A DNA stretch of 64,000 nt from Felis catus (GCF_018350175.1 NC_058373.1:105526001-105590000); one strand, 5' to 3'. Counted from the first letter of the stretch, positions 1 through 13,226 are shown. Notes: generated by a model not told the origin, from the sequence alone. A program made the numbers and translations.

Positions 1-175
1 ACTGTGGAACTTGGAGTCAGACAGAAAGCTCTAAAGCTTTCTAACTGTGCGTCTCATGAAGATTGCTCAACCTGTCTGGGCATTAGTTTCCCCAGCAGTA
101 AACTGGAGATAATACTACCCATTCTATAGGCTATGGCAAGCATTGCACAGAATAATGGATGGAAAGTGTTTTCTC
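1..175 (+). mobile_element. MIR SINE fragment (ancient)
   Basis: ggagtcagacaga...tttccccagcagtaaactggagataatactaccc resembles the MIR core; boundaries approximate. Confidence 0.6.
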
Positions 176-1240
176 TGTGGTTGCCCCTCTTGGAAAGACT
201 CTGGATTCTTTGTATACTTACGTACGTATTTGAAAGGCAGGACTGCTTCCATTAAGGTACACAAATGTAGAAGAGTGTTACTTTAATAAACTGAAGAAAA
301 AAGATGTCCATTTTTACCCCAAGCCCCACCTCTAAACCCTCCCCTGAAGGGGGAAATAGCATCTCTAGAGCTAGAGACGAAGAACAATGAAAAATGTGCA
401 TGGCAAACAGTATCTAAATCCAATCAGTTGCAGAGAAAATGACTAGTCTGACAGCCTTCTGGGGCTTCTTTGGGAGTGAGGGGTGCCTCCCTGAAGGATA
501 AAGCCCCCAACACCCCTCAGTTCACTGAGTACCCCACCCCTGAGTTCCCATGGCTGCTTGTGAACTGGGAAGTGAAAATGAAGATGGGGGCTGTGAGAGC
601 CTCCTGGGGCTCCTACTGGTGACTTCCTCCTATAAATCAGCCACAGACAGCTGCATCCACCAGTGCCATGGGATAGAAAAATAGACCCTATTGCTAGACA
701 GTAACATAGGCTCCACAAACATTGTGGGATCAGAGGGCAGGGGGCTTAGCCCAAGCATAGCCAAACAGCCCCTCAACCCCACAGATCCATTTGTTTATTT
801 TCACAGCAGCTTTGCCTGTCTGTGCCACAGGAAGGAGGAAGAAGACCCCCCCCCCTTGCTCCACTCTGCGCTGCACATGTAGACCACTTACTGCTCACCC
901 CTGCAAAGACCTGCTAGCTAATTTATTTGTTTGAGTTGCCCACAGACTGTCTGCTAGGTCTAAGTTTCAAAGCTAATGGGGAAGTGCTCAGTCTATGGAA
1001 TATTCAGCTGTTGGATTTCATTTGGTCTGCCGAATACCGGATTGAGCAAGAAAGGGAAGCCTTGTCCTGATATATTCGGCACCCCTGCTCTTCCCACCAT
1101 GCACCCTACATTCCCCCACCCCTGATACTTTCATCGGGGTTTTCACTTTCCAGCTGGCCTCTGACCCACCCAGAGAAACCGGCTGTGGCAGTTGCGAGAT
1201 TAAGCTTCCATCCTTTGACTTGAATCCGTGTCGTGTTTTA

Positions 1241-1456
1241 ACTTTTTTTTAACGCTTATTCATTTTTTGAGAGACAGAGAGAGACAGAGAGTGAGTGGGG
1301 GAGGGGCAGAGAGAAAAGGAGACACAGAATCCGAAGCAGGCTCCAGGCTCTGAGCTGTCAGCACAGAGCCCCACATGGGGCTTGAACTCACAGACTGTGA
1401 GATCATGACCTGAGCCGAAGTCAGACGCTTAACTGACTAAGCCATCCAGGTGCCCC
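1241..1456 (-). mobile_element. CanSINE (feliform type)
   Basis: Reverse complement gives the ggggcacctgg head, CT-rich body and A-rich tail; degenerate TSD ttgaatccgtgtc / ttgaatctatgtc. Confidence 0.97.
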
Positions 1457-1494
1457 TTGAATCTATGTCTTCTAAAATAAAAGCACCTTCGCAA

Positions 1495-1730
1495 CATTTT
1501 TAATGAAAAATTAAAAGCCTACATGAAAGTAGAAAGGTTTTTACAGTGAACACCTGTAAATCCGTACCCAGGTTCTATTAACATATTATGATACTTGCTT
1601 TATCATATATCTATCCATCTATTCGTCTCATTTTTGACACATTTCAAAGTAAATTGCAGACGTCTGTACCCTAACCCCTAATTACTTTGTTACGTATATC
1701 AGTAACTAGACTTCAATATTTGTTTAGTTT
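1495..1730 (-). mobile_element. Ancient L1 3' UTR fragment (L1MC/L1ME-like)
   Basis: tacagtgaacacc...catttcaaagtaaattgcagac resembles old L1 3' ends. Confidence 0.55.
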
Positions 1731-1809
1731 TTATTTTATTTTTCTTTTTTAATATTTGCTTTATGTATAGTTGCTTCTCTCTTGGGGGCATAAAGCATTT
1801 TTTTTTCTC

Positions 1810-2520
1810 TTAACATAAAACTTGCATACAATGAAACGCACGTATCATTAGTGTATGTTTGTGAGTTGACAAATGCATACATCTGGGTAACCCAAACCCC
1901 TATCAAGATATAAAACATTGGCATCACCTAGAAAGTTCCCTGCTCAGTCAATACCTACCTCTATTCCCTCAGCAGCAGCTAGTGCTCTATTTCCTCCCAT
2001 AGATTAGGTTTACCTGTTTCAGCACCTCATAGAAATAGACTCATGCACTTTGCTTCCTTTGTGTAAAGTCTCTTTCATCCAGCATAATGTTTTTGAGATT
2101 CTTTTGTTGTCTGTTTCAGTAGTTTGTTCCTTCTTATTGTTGGATAGAATTCCATTGCATGAATATTCCATTCTGTGTTCTTCCAGTCTTCCAGTTTTGG
2201 GGCGGGGCTGTTTCCAGTTGTCAGTACATAAAAAAAAAGTTGCAATGAATATTCTTGTTCAAGTCGTGTTGTGGACATATGTTTTCATTTCTCCTGGATA
2301 AATACCTAGAAATGGAATGACTAGCTTACAGAGTATGCGTAGACTTAATTTTATAAGAAACTGGCGGATATTTTTTCCGGAGCGATTCTCACATTTCACA
2401 CTCTACCAACAATGTGTGAGGGTTCTGGTTGCTCCACGTGTTTGTGAACATTTGGTGTTGTTGTTCCTCTTGATTTTAGCCATTCTGCTGCATATATGGT
2501 GATATCTCAGTATGATTTTA
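1810..2520 (-). mobile_element. Ancient L1 3' end (L1MB/L1ME-like)
   Basis: Antisense L1 motifs: atcaagatataaaacatt, gttttcatttctcctggataaatacctag, ttgattttagccattctg. Confidence 0.8.
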
Positions 2521-3389
2521 ATAAAAGTTTAACTTTAATATACATGAATTTTTATATATGTTAAAGATTTAACTTCCATACTTGTTTAACTATATAATTA
2601 AAGGTTTGACTTATATAGTTTTCAGTTTAACTTAGGTATATCATTGTTCTAAATATTGACATTTGATTGATCAGTATCCCTGGCTGGACTTTTAACTTTA
2701 ATTTTCATTTTCCAGAAGTAGATTGGAGCATATAGGCACTTTTCTTAAATTATCCTGAGGCTTAGTTAAATACATTTTTTACAAATCATCCTGATTGCTG
2801 TTCATTAATACTCACTCGTACGAGAATATCCATTATAACACTTCTTTGGGTGGGAGGTGTATCTTAGGAAGCGAATAAGGGATGTGCTTTTAGGAATAGG
2901 CTTTGATAAACAGACTCCTGAGGATGTAGTCTTTGAATGAATGAAGACAGCAAGCATGTTAGTTTTCAGGGATGTTCGCATTGCATGTTTTGCAGCAACA
3001 CTTGGAATGTTATTTACTTAGCTCTCAGAGCTTTTCCTATAATTTATGGTCTGCAATATTCAGAATGGGACTCCAGTCCTCCCTGCAGGCATCTTTGGCT
3101 TTCCCAGCAGCCCGTGCTGATTTCTGTCCTCTCTTGCTGCTGCTGCTCGGTCTGCCCTTAAACAGGCTCCTTTCTCACTCTGTATGCGTTGCCCATGCTT
3201 CAAGTCCTGGGCTCTTGGCTTTAAGTCTCTTGTAAATTTCCCTCTCCAGTGTTAACCTTTCTCCAGAAAGGAGACACCTCATCAGAGCTATTTTCTAAAA
3301 GTATAAATCTGTTTACGATTTGTTAATAATTTCCCAGCCCCTCTAAGAGAAAGCCTGTAACAACAAATAATTTTTTTTTTTTTTGGAAA

Positions 3390-3826
3390 GCCCACTCTGA
3401 GCCCAGTTCTCTACAAAGCACTTTATGTGCATTATCTTATTTTTTTTTTAATTTTTTTTTTCAACATTTATTTATTTTTGGGACAGAGAGAGACAGAGCA
3501 CGAACGGGGGAGGGGCAGAGAGAGAGGGAGACACAGAATCGGAAACAGGCTCCAGGCTCTGAGCCATCAGCCCAGAGCCCGATGCGGGGCTCGAACTCAT
3601 GGACCACGAGATCGTGACCTGGCTGAAGTCGGACGCTTAACCGACTGCGCCACCCAGGCGCCCCTGTGCATTATCTTATTTAATTCCCTAGCAATATCTA
3701 TGAGGTAGGTCATAGTTTTATGTTCATTCTTAGATGAGGAAACTGAGGCTTGGGGAGATTCAGCAGTTCACCTGTGGTGACGTAGCTGGTGAGTTGTGGA
3801 TTCGACATTCAAACCCAGGCAGTCCA
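3390..3826 (-). mobile_element. MIR, interrupted by a CanSINE
   Basis: agatgaggaaactgaggct core and ttcaaacccaggcagtc end; MIR sequence resumes after the SINE TSD. Confidence 0.85.
3441..3664 (-). mobile_element. Young feliform CanSINE
   Basis: CpG-intact copy with the cagccaggtcacgatctc head variant; perfect TSD tgtgcattatcttat at 3426-3440 and 3665-3679. Confidence 0.99.
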
Positions 3827-3833
3827 AGGTGTG

Positions 3834-4070
3834 TTTTTTTTTTTTTAATTTTAAAAAATGTTTTATTTTTGAAAGAGAGAGAGAAAGAGAGATTGAGAGA
3901 AAGCACGAGTGAGGGATGGGCAGAGAGAGAGGGAAACACAGAATCTGAAGCAGGCTCCAGGCTCTGAGCTGTCAGCACAGAGCCCGACACGGGGCTCAAA
4001 CCCATGAACCGTGAGATCACGACCTGAGCTGAAGTCGGCTGCTTCGCCAACTGAGCCACCCAGGCGCCCC
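3834..4070 (-). mobile_element. CanSINE
   Basis: Full head, body and tail; TSD degenerate. Confidence 0.97.
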
Positions 4071-4089
4071 CAGAATCCAAGCTTTTGGT

Positions 4090-4510
4090 GAAGTTCTAGA
4101 TTATCCCTTAGTAATAGCACTTATCCTGCTTTCTGAGCTTCATTTCTGACACTTTCTATCTCCCCTCTTGCCTCATGGTATGCTTCAGCCACACTGACAG
4201 GTTTACCGTTACTTGAAGCCAGCCAGGCTCTGTCATACCTTTCTGACTTGGCCAATGCTGTCGCACCCACCTATAACACTTGCTCACCTTGTCACCTTTT
4301 CCATCAGTTGAACTCATCCGACAAGGGTGAGTCCCAGCATCGCTGCCCCTGTGGAGTCTTCTAAAGTAAGTGCTGGTGCTCGCCCCACCTTCTGCCTGTA
4401 TACAGCATGTGTATTTTTGTGTTGTTTTGGTGTTTCAGCCTCTGAGTAACTTGAGACAGGGACAGGACCATGTTTTACTTACCTGGTACTCCTAGAAGTT
4501 CACCTAGGAT
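4090..4510 (+). mobile_element. L2 3' fragment
   Basis: Pyrimidine-rich L2-like 3' region ending in ttgagacagggacaggaccatgttttacttacct. Confidence 0.5.
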
Positions 4511-4863
4511 CTCCTAGGTGGGGTTCCCTGGGAAATAAATGCTGAGAACACTGGAAGGGAACGGGGACAGAAGATAGTTGAGCTAAGTACAATTAATTCA
4601 GAAGCCTCAGCTGGTCCAAGAGGAGCTCTGCACATGTGACTCTTCTTTGGATTTGTTCTTTATTGAGACAGGAGGTTAGGCCTTCATCCCCCAGTGCCTA
4701 CCAGTCATAAGCTGTGAGCTGCCCCAGGAAGGAGCATAACTTTAGATGGCGCTTAGAGCACTTCTGGGAGAGAATGTAGCTATGAGCCCACAGCACCCAG
4801 AATACTTTGAGCAGCTCAGGAGACGAATCCCTTAGGAGTTGACCATCGCATACATGCACTACA
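4510..4863 (-). mobile_element. ERVL LTR (LTR16-like)
   Basis: gaagcctcagctg...ggagctctg...ccagtcat...gagctgcccc, ending in cactaca (TGTAGTG start on the minus strand). Confidence 0.6.
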
Positions 4864-6119
4864 CATGCAGAAAGCAACACAGGCAGAAAGAACAAGCACA
4901 TGAAGGGAATCTCTCTTAAACAACTAGATTAGCTATACTGTGGAGCTTCTGCTGCATGTGGAAGTCTTTACAAAAAAAGAAGAAAATTTTAGAGAACTTG
5001 GAAATGGATTAGTAGAGCGTTAATGGATTAAATATACATTAAGAAAATAGATGTTTGTTTGATTTTACCAGGATAGGAAAGTTCCTCATATACTGAACAT
5101 TGCTCAACAATATATTTGGCATTTCTAGAGGAGGGAGGGTATATGTCTGTAAAATACAAAAAGGCTTTTATTTGGCTTTATAATCTGCTAAGCGTGCTGA
5201 TAAGTATATCACAGGCATGTTTATTAATCATTACTAGATTCTGAGGTCATAAATGTGACTTTAGTGCATCTATTTTCTTTTCTTACTAAGGTCCCTTAGG
5301 GAAAAAAGGATCTATTCCAGCTTTTCTTATTGATTTCCTTTCTCAAATGGAATTGGTGCCTTGAGGTCCCAATGTACTTTGAGCGTTAGGTTTAGTTTTA
5401 TTCCATAGAGTTTATGAGTCAGCAGCATCCCCCCTGCCCCAATTCCTAGAGTTTTGTTGACCTAATCCTAGGATGTGGTTTGGGTGGTTTACAGTCCCCT
5501 TATGATATCCTCATCAGCCAGAATTATCATCCTGGTTCCTGTCTCCCAGAAGGAGGCAGAAGTAGCCCTTTGGGTTAAGACCCTGGCCCAGGAAGCCACG
5601 GAACCTTTGATCTCAAGCCATCCTGTGGAATCTGAACCACCTCTGGAGAGACTCAGAATGACTGAGCCTGTTAATGGACTCCATCCCCTTTGTGGAGTAT
5701 CTCAAATTGTGGTCATTTAGAGCATTACTATGGAATTGTTTATTGACCTGTATAAACACATATACCATTTATCACTATAAAGGTAACAGGTGCTTCCTAG
5801 GGTGCCAGCTGGAGGTACATTACGGTCTCCAAAATAGTAACAGAATGCTATTTTTCAGGCTCAGCTATCTTCTCAATGAACTGCAGAAACTTCAGCCCCC
5901 TTTAAGTTCTCCCTTTGGGTTCAGGGCAGGAGGATTGGGACAGGGGAGAGGGACTCTGTGGCATCTTGAAAATTGCCATCTTTCTCCACATTCTACCCAG
6001 TTACCTGATTTTCCGTGGAAAATGACAAATGTAGAGCATCTACCCACCGCAGCATAATGCTCTCATTTGTCTTTTTCATCCTGTTGGAGGGAAGTTCTCA
6101 GTACTTCATACCAATGGCC

Positions 6120-8330
6120 CCATTAATTAATTTATTCAACAAACACTTAAATTGAGTGCCTATTACGTGCTAAGCGTTGTTCTAGGTAGTATGGGTATGT
6201 CTATAAATAAAATAGATCCAGTCCCTCCTTCCATCATGCTTACAATCTAAAGAGGGGAAAGAGATGCTCCAGGAATGGATCGGTACAAGTCAGGTGGTAG
6301 TATGTGATACAAAGGAGAGTAAAGCAAGAAAAGGGGATAGAGCAATGGTGGGTGTGGGTGTTCTTTAATACAGATGAGGTGATTTGGGGGCAGAGATTTG
6401 GAGGAAGTGACAGAGGGAACTATCTGGTTATCTGAAGAAAGAGTATTTGAGGCAAAGAGATAGCGAGTTCAAAGCAGTACAAGCAGGCTTGATATATTTA
6501 AGGAACAGGAAGAAGGCCAATATAGATGCAATGGAATAGTGGAGGGAGAGGAGAGTAGGAGGCAGTAGAGGCAGGTCCCATGGGATTTTATAGGCCATGG
6601 AACAACGTTAAGTCCTTTTTTAATTTTTAAAAAATATTTATTTTTGATACAGAGACAGAGCATGAACAGGGGGAGGCAGAGAGAGAGGGAGACATAGAAT
6701 CTGAAACAGGCTCCAGGCTCTGAGCTGTCAGCACAGAGCCCGACGCGGGGCTCGAACCCACGAACTGTGAGATCATGACCTGAGCCGAAGTCGGACACTT
6801 AACCGACTGAGCCACCCAGGTGCCCCATGAACAATGTTAAGTCTTACTTCGAGTGGGACAGGAAGCATTGAAGGGTACCAAGAAGATGAGTGACATGATC
6901 TGATTTCTAATTTAACAAAATCTCTCTGACTGCTGTGTGGAGAATACACTGTAGGGGGCGAGGAGAAGGGTAGAAGAAGGGAGACCAGTTAGGAGATCAC
7001 TGCAATTGTCAAGGAGAGGGATGGTAATGTCCTATAATATAGAGGTAATGGTGGGTGTGCTGAGAAGTGGTCAAATTCTGAATATATTTACAAGGAAGGG
7101 TTAACAGAATTTGGTAATGGATTGAATGTGAGTATGAGAGAAAGAGAAGATGACTTTAAGGATTTTGACGTTAGCAATTGGTTAGAATGGAAAAGTCATT
7201 TACTGAGATGGGGACAACTGGAAGAGGATAGGGCTTGACATAGATGTTGAGTAGGTGATTGGAAATGTGAACTTGGCCTAAAGGGAAGATACTGGGATTG
7301 GAGATGTACATTTGAGAGCCACAGCAGATAGAGAATATTTCAAGTCAGGGTACTAAATAAAATCAAAGTGAGTGTAGATAGAGACGACATGAGGTCTGGG
7401 GCCCTCCAATATTTAGAGGCCAGAGGAGACTGAGAAAGAGTGACCAACTCAGGTTTTTTGGCAATAAGGTGAAGAAAGTATTTCAGGAAGAAAGGATCAA
7501 TTACGTCAAATACCTCTGATACGTTAGGTAAGATGAGGATTTAGAAATGAGCATTGCTTTTGGCCACAGAAGGTTATTGGAGAATTTAAGCAATCTTGAT
7601 GGCGTGTAGGATTGAAAGCAAATGGGGATGAATTCAAGAGAGAATTGAAGGAGAAGTAGAAATAACAAGTATATACAAGTCTTTGTGGCAGCTTTGCTAT
7701 AAAAGGGAACAGAGAGATATATATAGCTAGAGGAGGAAATGTGGGATCTAGGGAATCTTTTTTTTACAAAAAGGTGAGGGTACAACACAGTATATAATAG
7801 TGGGGTGATCCAGTGCAATAGAAAAAAAATTGATGAAACAGGAGGGAGATGACCTAACTGTAGGAGCTCTGTTCTTGAGCAGATGGGAGGGAGTGGGATT
7901 CTGTACAAGAGAAGAAGGTTTGGCCTTTGCTAGGGCACAGATAACTCATTCATCAACAAGATGGAAGGCAGCCTATGGGCGCAGATGCAGGTAGGATGGT
8001 TGACGGAGTTGTGGGAGAGTATGCAAGCCCTCTTTTGATTGCTTCTTTTACCCTGGTGAAATGAGAGGCAAGGCCAGGGGCTAATCAAGTGGATGCGGAG
8101 TGCTGTGCCAGAGATTTGAAGAGAGATGAGAAGTGAAATAGCCTCTCTAGAAGAGAGGCAGAGGAAACTGATAAAATGGTATATCTGATGCAGAGCCAAG
8201 GTCTTATGTGAGAATTTGAGGAAAGATCTGTCAGTGTGGTTGCATACTTTTTTCTGACTATGCTCAGTTACCTAGGTAGGTATGTGGAATAGGCAAAACG
8301 TTGGAGTTTTGTCAGGTGATAGCTGAAGGA
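6120..8330 (-). mobile_element. Long L2 LINE remnant (3' end plus decayed RT), interrupted by a CanSINE
   Basis: L2 tail attcaacaaacact...gagtgcctattacgtgc; minus-strand translation near 7680-7765 gives KKDSLDPTFPPLAIYISLFPFIAKLPQRLVY, resembling the LINE RT-flanking LDP...ISLLPFLSKLLERVV motif. Confidence 0.85.
6615..6826 (-). mobile_element. CanSINE inserted in L2
   Basis: Full element; TSD aacaacgttaagtc / aacaatgttaagtc. Confidence 0.98.
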
Positions 8331-9458
8331 GACAGTGACCAATCGGTCATGGACTCCAAATGAAAAATTGTGTACATTAAGTAACAGAGCTCACCACCCA
8401 CCCCCCCCCCCTCCTTGAAGTCTGTGAAACTTGACCAAAGTGAATGGGGGAAAAATATGTCCTTTCATCCAAAAGTCTCACCCATGTGACACTGTGTGTG
8501 CTGCCACAGTCATGGGCCCCAACATTCTCTTTCATCAGGACACAGGTGATATAAGCTCGGAGAAAATGTCATTAGAGGACAGTGCTTGTTCCCCAGGGAC
8601 TGAGGGGGCCTAGTACAGGGGCTGTTTTACCACCATCTCCACACTCCACTCCAGAATCCAGTCATTTCCTTTCTCAGCTCAGCCAGGCTTTGGTTCCTCA
8701 AGTAGCAGGAGCCCTTTAGTTGTGCCTGAACATTCTGTGGCTGCATACACACAGAAGGAGTCTGAATGCTGGGACCTCTGTCATCAAATTACCCCACTAA
8801 TTTGTTTTCCTTGTGTGTGGATCCTATAGTTCCCAGGAAACTTGAAGGATAAATAAAGTGGATATTTATTTATACTGTTGCAATAGAGATTCACTCTTGT
8901 ATTTATTTAGTGATAGACTTAGGAATGACAAGAAATCCTTCCTTTATTTTGAAAGCCCTTTGAAAATGTTTGTTACAAATAAGATTTTATATTTAAATCA
9001 ATGATGATATCCCTATTAACTGAGAGTCAGGGATACATCATTTGGAAACGACTCTTCCATCATTTTGACACTTAGCACATATTTTTTCCCCAATTAACTG
9101 AAATTTTCTATTAAACAATGATGATCTCATAAAAATGTTCTTTCACATTTACAGTATCTTGACGCAGTGTCCAACAGTCAGTAATGTAAAACCGGAATCA
9201 CAGAAATAGCCTTCTGTTATTGTCCTGGGGTTAAAAGTCCAAAATCAAAAGGCATTGCACTGATTCTGCCCGTTGTCCTTACATTTTTTTTTTCTTACTA
9301 TGTGCTCAAGCCAGCTAAACTCTTGTGCATGTTTCCTTGCGTGGCTTGGAGTTATACATATTCTTACCAATCAGATGCTTCTTGTCTCTGTGCCGGTCAA
9401 CTCTCCTGAGACCCAGCCCTCTTCCGAACTGTGCACCGTTCAAGAGTTGGAAATGGGA

Positions 9459-10313
9459 TTGATATATAACTACTAAGGAAAACAGTATGGTGGTTTCTCA
9501 AGGAATTAAAAATAGAACTACCGTATGATCCAGCAATCCCACTTCTAGGCTTATATCCAAAGGAAACAAAATCATTGTCTTGAAGAGATATCTGCACTCC
9601 GAGGTTCATTGCCGCATTGTTCACAATAGCCAACATATGGAAACAACCTACGTGTCCATCTATGGATGGATGAATAAGAAAACTGTGGTGTGTACGTATG
9701 TGTATATATATGTATGTATACATATGTATGTGTATATATATGTATGTATACATATATACACATATGTATATATATGTATATATACATATATACATATATA
9801 TACACATGTATATGTATATATACATATATATACATATATATATATATACACACACAGTAGAATATCATTCAGCCTTAAAAATGACAATCCTATCATTTTC
9901 CCAACTCATCGAAAATGGTGCCCAGTGACTGGAGGGTGGGGGAAATAGGGAGAGGTTGGTAAAAGGCTACAAACTTTCAGTTATAAGGTGAGTAAGGTCT
10001 AAAGATCTAATGTATAACGTGGTGAGTATGGTTGATAACACTGCACTGTGCAGTTGAAATTTGCTAAGAGAAATGTTAAGTGTTCTCACCCCCCCCACCC
10101 CCCAAAAAAGTAAGTGTGAAGTGATAGATGTGTTGATTAAGTCAGTGGTGGGAAACCTTTCACCATGTATACGTGTGTGTATGTGTGAGTGTATATATAT
10201 ATTTGTTGACATATATATTTGATATATATATATATATCATCAAATTGTATACTTTAAATATAATTTTATTTGTCAATTATACCTCAGTAAAGCTGAGGGG
10301 GAAAAAAGAAAAA
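9459..10313 (+). mobile_element. 5'-truncated L1 (ORF2 C-terminus plus 3' UTR, L1MA9/carnivore-like)
   Basis: gaactaccgtatgatccagcaatcccacttctagg ORF2 end, typical 3' UTR and A-rich tail; candidate TSD gaaatggga at 9450-9458 and 10314-10322. Confidence 0.93.
9690..9855. repeat. Compound TA/TG/CA microsatellite inside L1
   Basis: About 165 bp of alternating purine-pyrimidine sequence. Confidence 0.97.
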
Positions 10314-11192
10314 GAAATGGGACCAAGCTGGCTGCAGAGCAGAGACCGGCACTGCTCCATCCATTACTGCGGTTTGACTCACTTAAGCCAGACCTGGGCC
10401 TTCAATCACCCACTGCTAATCCTTCACGGCCAGCTCTCATTCAAATGCCTGTGACTTCTGTGGTTCGATTTTTGTCGAGGGCTTGGGATAGAGGCTCCCT
10501 ATCTGAGCCGTCCCTGAAGTCAGAGGAGCAGAGGGGAAAGGAAGAGAAGGGTGATGGATGATCTCGCCCCTCTGAGTCTGAAAGGAGACTCCCAGAAGCG
10601 TTGCCATTAGCACCAGGAGCCTGGGCCTGTGCTGTTGTCCGGCAGGGCAGCTCTGCTCTCCCCCAAGTGTAGAAAGAACTAGGAAAGCCATGTCTGTGGA
10701 GGCCAGAGAAAAAGGCTTATGCAGAGCAAGGATGCTTGTGAGTTCTCGCAGCCCGTGCTAGTATTATTCATGACAAATCTACTCCCCTGCCCCAAATGGT
10801 CCACCTTCAGAAGGAATGATGAAAAGACAATGGTCCATTTAACAAAGCAGATGCTTTCAGCTCCTGTTTTAACCTCCTTCACATCCTGTCATCACTCCTT
10901 AAAGTGCAGAGTTTTCACAGATTGGAAAGGAATTGTCTGGAAGAAAGGCATGTCCCTGCATGTGTTGGGCATGGGAGGGCGTAGACTTAGTATGTAAATA
11001 CAGGTGGGGTGGTGAGTGGGGACTGGAGGGGCACATGAGGGACAGTCCTAGCTCCTACCCAAGTCTCTTCAAGGGCTTTCCGTTGTGCTTAATGTGCCAT
11101 CTAACCTTTCCACCATAACTCATTCCTAGACCTGTCCAGCTCCCTCCTGCTCAGGCCCTCACACATGCTCTTTCTAGAAACATAAACCTCCT

Positions 11193-11404
11193 GGGGCACC
11201 TGGGTGGCTCAGTCGCTTAAGCTTCCAACTTCGGCTCAGGTCTTGATCTCACGGTTCGTGGGTTTGAGCCCTGTTTTGGGCTCTGTGCTGACAGCTCAGA
11301 GCCTGGAGCCTGCTTTGGATTCTGTGTCTCCCTCTCTCTCTGTCCCACTCATGCTCTCTCTTTCTCTCAAAAATAAATAAAAGCTTAAAAAATAAATAAA
11401 TCTT
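11193..11404 (+). mobile_element. CanSINE
   Basis: Perfect 18-bp TSD tagaaacataaacctcct at 11175-11192 and 11405-11422. Confidence 0.99.
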
Positions 11405-11449
11405 TAGAAACATAAACCTCCTATGATTTCCATGGCGCCTGTCATATTG

Positions 11450-11682
11450 GTTAACATCTTTTAAGTGCTTAGGGCACACCAGACACCGTGCTAAGTATTG
11501 TATATGACTGATTATTTCATTTCGTTCTCACAGCTGTGAAGTAGGAATTCTCATCCCCAGTTTGCTGAGGATAAAGCAAATGCACAGAGAAGTCAAGAAA
11601 TCTGTCAAGGTTATCATAGCTAATGAGCAGCTGAATTAGGATTTGATTCTAGGTCTGTTTGGCTTCAGAATGTGTGCTCTGT
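11450..11682 (-). mobile_element. MIR
   Basis: gtgctaagtattg...gaagtaggaattctcatccccagttt...aggatttgattctaggtctg. Confidence 0.75.
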
Positions 11683-11719
11683 TTTGTTTTATTTTATTTA
11701 TTTGAAAATAAACTTAAAA

Positions 11720-11770
11720 ATTTTTTTTCACATTTATTTATTTTTGAGAGACAGAGCACTAGTGGGGAAG

Positions 11771-11825
<55 letters not shown>

Positions 11826-11955
11826 GAATCCAAAGTAGGCTCCAGGCTCTGAGCTGTCAGCACAGAGCCCAACACAGGGCTCGAACCCACAAATCGTGAG
11901 GTCATGACCTGAGCCGAAGTCAGATGCTTAACCGACCGAGCCACCCAGGCACCCC
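11720..11955 (-). mobile_element. CanSINE with expanded (GA)n
   Basis: Full element; (GA)n at about 11775-11820; TSD aaaataaac. Confidence 0.98.
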
Positions 11956-11984
11956 AAAAATAAACCTTTAATCTTTTTTCTTCC

Positions 11985-12110
11985 ATTAGATCTAATTTCT
12001 GTGACAGCAGGAGCTATGTAGGTTTTATTCATCATCTTTCCCCTGGGACCTAGCATGGTCCTGGCATATAGTAAATATTTATTAAAATAATGAATAAAAA
12101 GTGAAATGAG
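11985..12110 (+). mobile_element. L2 3' terminal fragment
   Basis: cctagcatggtcctggcatatagtaaatatttattaaaataatgaat. Confidence 0.65.
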
Positions 12111-13201
12111 TATAGTTGCCTCACTGTGTGTGTCCTGCTATTTCATTATGGTTCCTCTTCCCAGGGTACTCAACGATCCTCAGCTCCTGGTGGGCCTCAC
12201 TACTGTCTAGTTTGAGCAGTAATTTGGAAGACAGATTTAGGGAAGAGTCCTCTCCTTTGAGAACATATACCCAACCACTGTCTTGACATGACCACTTGAA
12301 TACCTAGTAGATTTCTCAAATCTGTTATCTTAACTGGTCCTTTCTCATCCTCTTCTGCCTTAGTCAATGGCTATGTCATCCACCCACTTGCCAAACTACA
12401 GAAAACTGAAAGACATTCTTGATGCCTTCTGGATGTTATTCTTCACATCTAACCCAATTACAAGCCCTGTTGTTCAACCTCCAAAATGTATCTGTAGATT
12501 GTCTATCTGTTTCACCACCATCCTACTTGAAGACACCATTGCAGTAGCCTTCTTACCTAAGGGATCCTGGTTTTCACTATAGTTTCTGGATCTTTGTGGA
12601 TTCTCATTGGTTCATGAATTCCTATGAGAGGAAAAAGGTATATCTTGTTAGGTAAGACCCACCAGTTATGGCAGCGTGCAACATGGATGGTTGGGTTGGT
12701 TTGGGTGAGTGTAATATTTATGCTCAAATATCAGTGTAGGCAGGAAGTGGTAGGCAGGACTTGGTGATCAGAGCATGCCTCTGCTTGGCAAAGAGAGATC
12801 ACAACCCTGGAATGGCTGTGGGTGCTGCTTCTCTCTCCTTCCCACCATGTCTGTGAATCTTTTCTTGCCTGGAGTCAGCTCAGAGATGCAGAGGGTCCTG
12901 ATGCCAACAGCGTAACCTTTCCTGCTTCCTTCCCCTCCTTCCTGTCCTTATCTTAGCCTACCTGTGTTTTTCCCAAGGCACATAGGTAGACAAGACCAGG
13001 ACTCCTAGCCTCCAGAAGGGGCTCCTAACAGAGTTGAGAGGCACCTGGTAACATCCTCATCAACTTTTCTCTTAGAATAACCTTGGAAACTTAGAGCCTT
13101 GGGGTAGATATGTGGGCTGTTTGAGGAGACTGAGCTGACCTGTTTATTCTTTTTATTTCCTGGTATGTCTCAAGCCTGAGACTAAAGATAACTCTGGCCT
13201 C

Positions 13202-13226
13202 GGGGGTGGGTGTGGGTGTGGGTGGG
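13202..13226 (+). other. Potential G-quadruplex motif
   Basis: GGGGG-T-GGG-TGT-GGG-TGT-GGG-T-GGG: five G-runs with short loops. Confidence 0.6.

Noticed and set aside
2520..2700. Recurring tttaact motif
   Set aside because: Irregular spacing in very AT-rich DNA; at most a decayed low-complexity repeat.
3427..4120. Recurrent peptides such as GAWVAQSVK and SRLQALSCQHRA in many ORFs
   Set aside because: They are SINE translations, not a protein family.
9397..9948. Overlapping Y/I/C/M-rich ORFs
   Set aside because: They are translations of the TA/TG microsatellite and L1 remnant.
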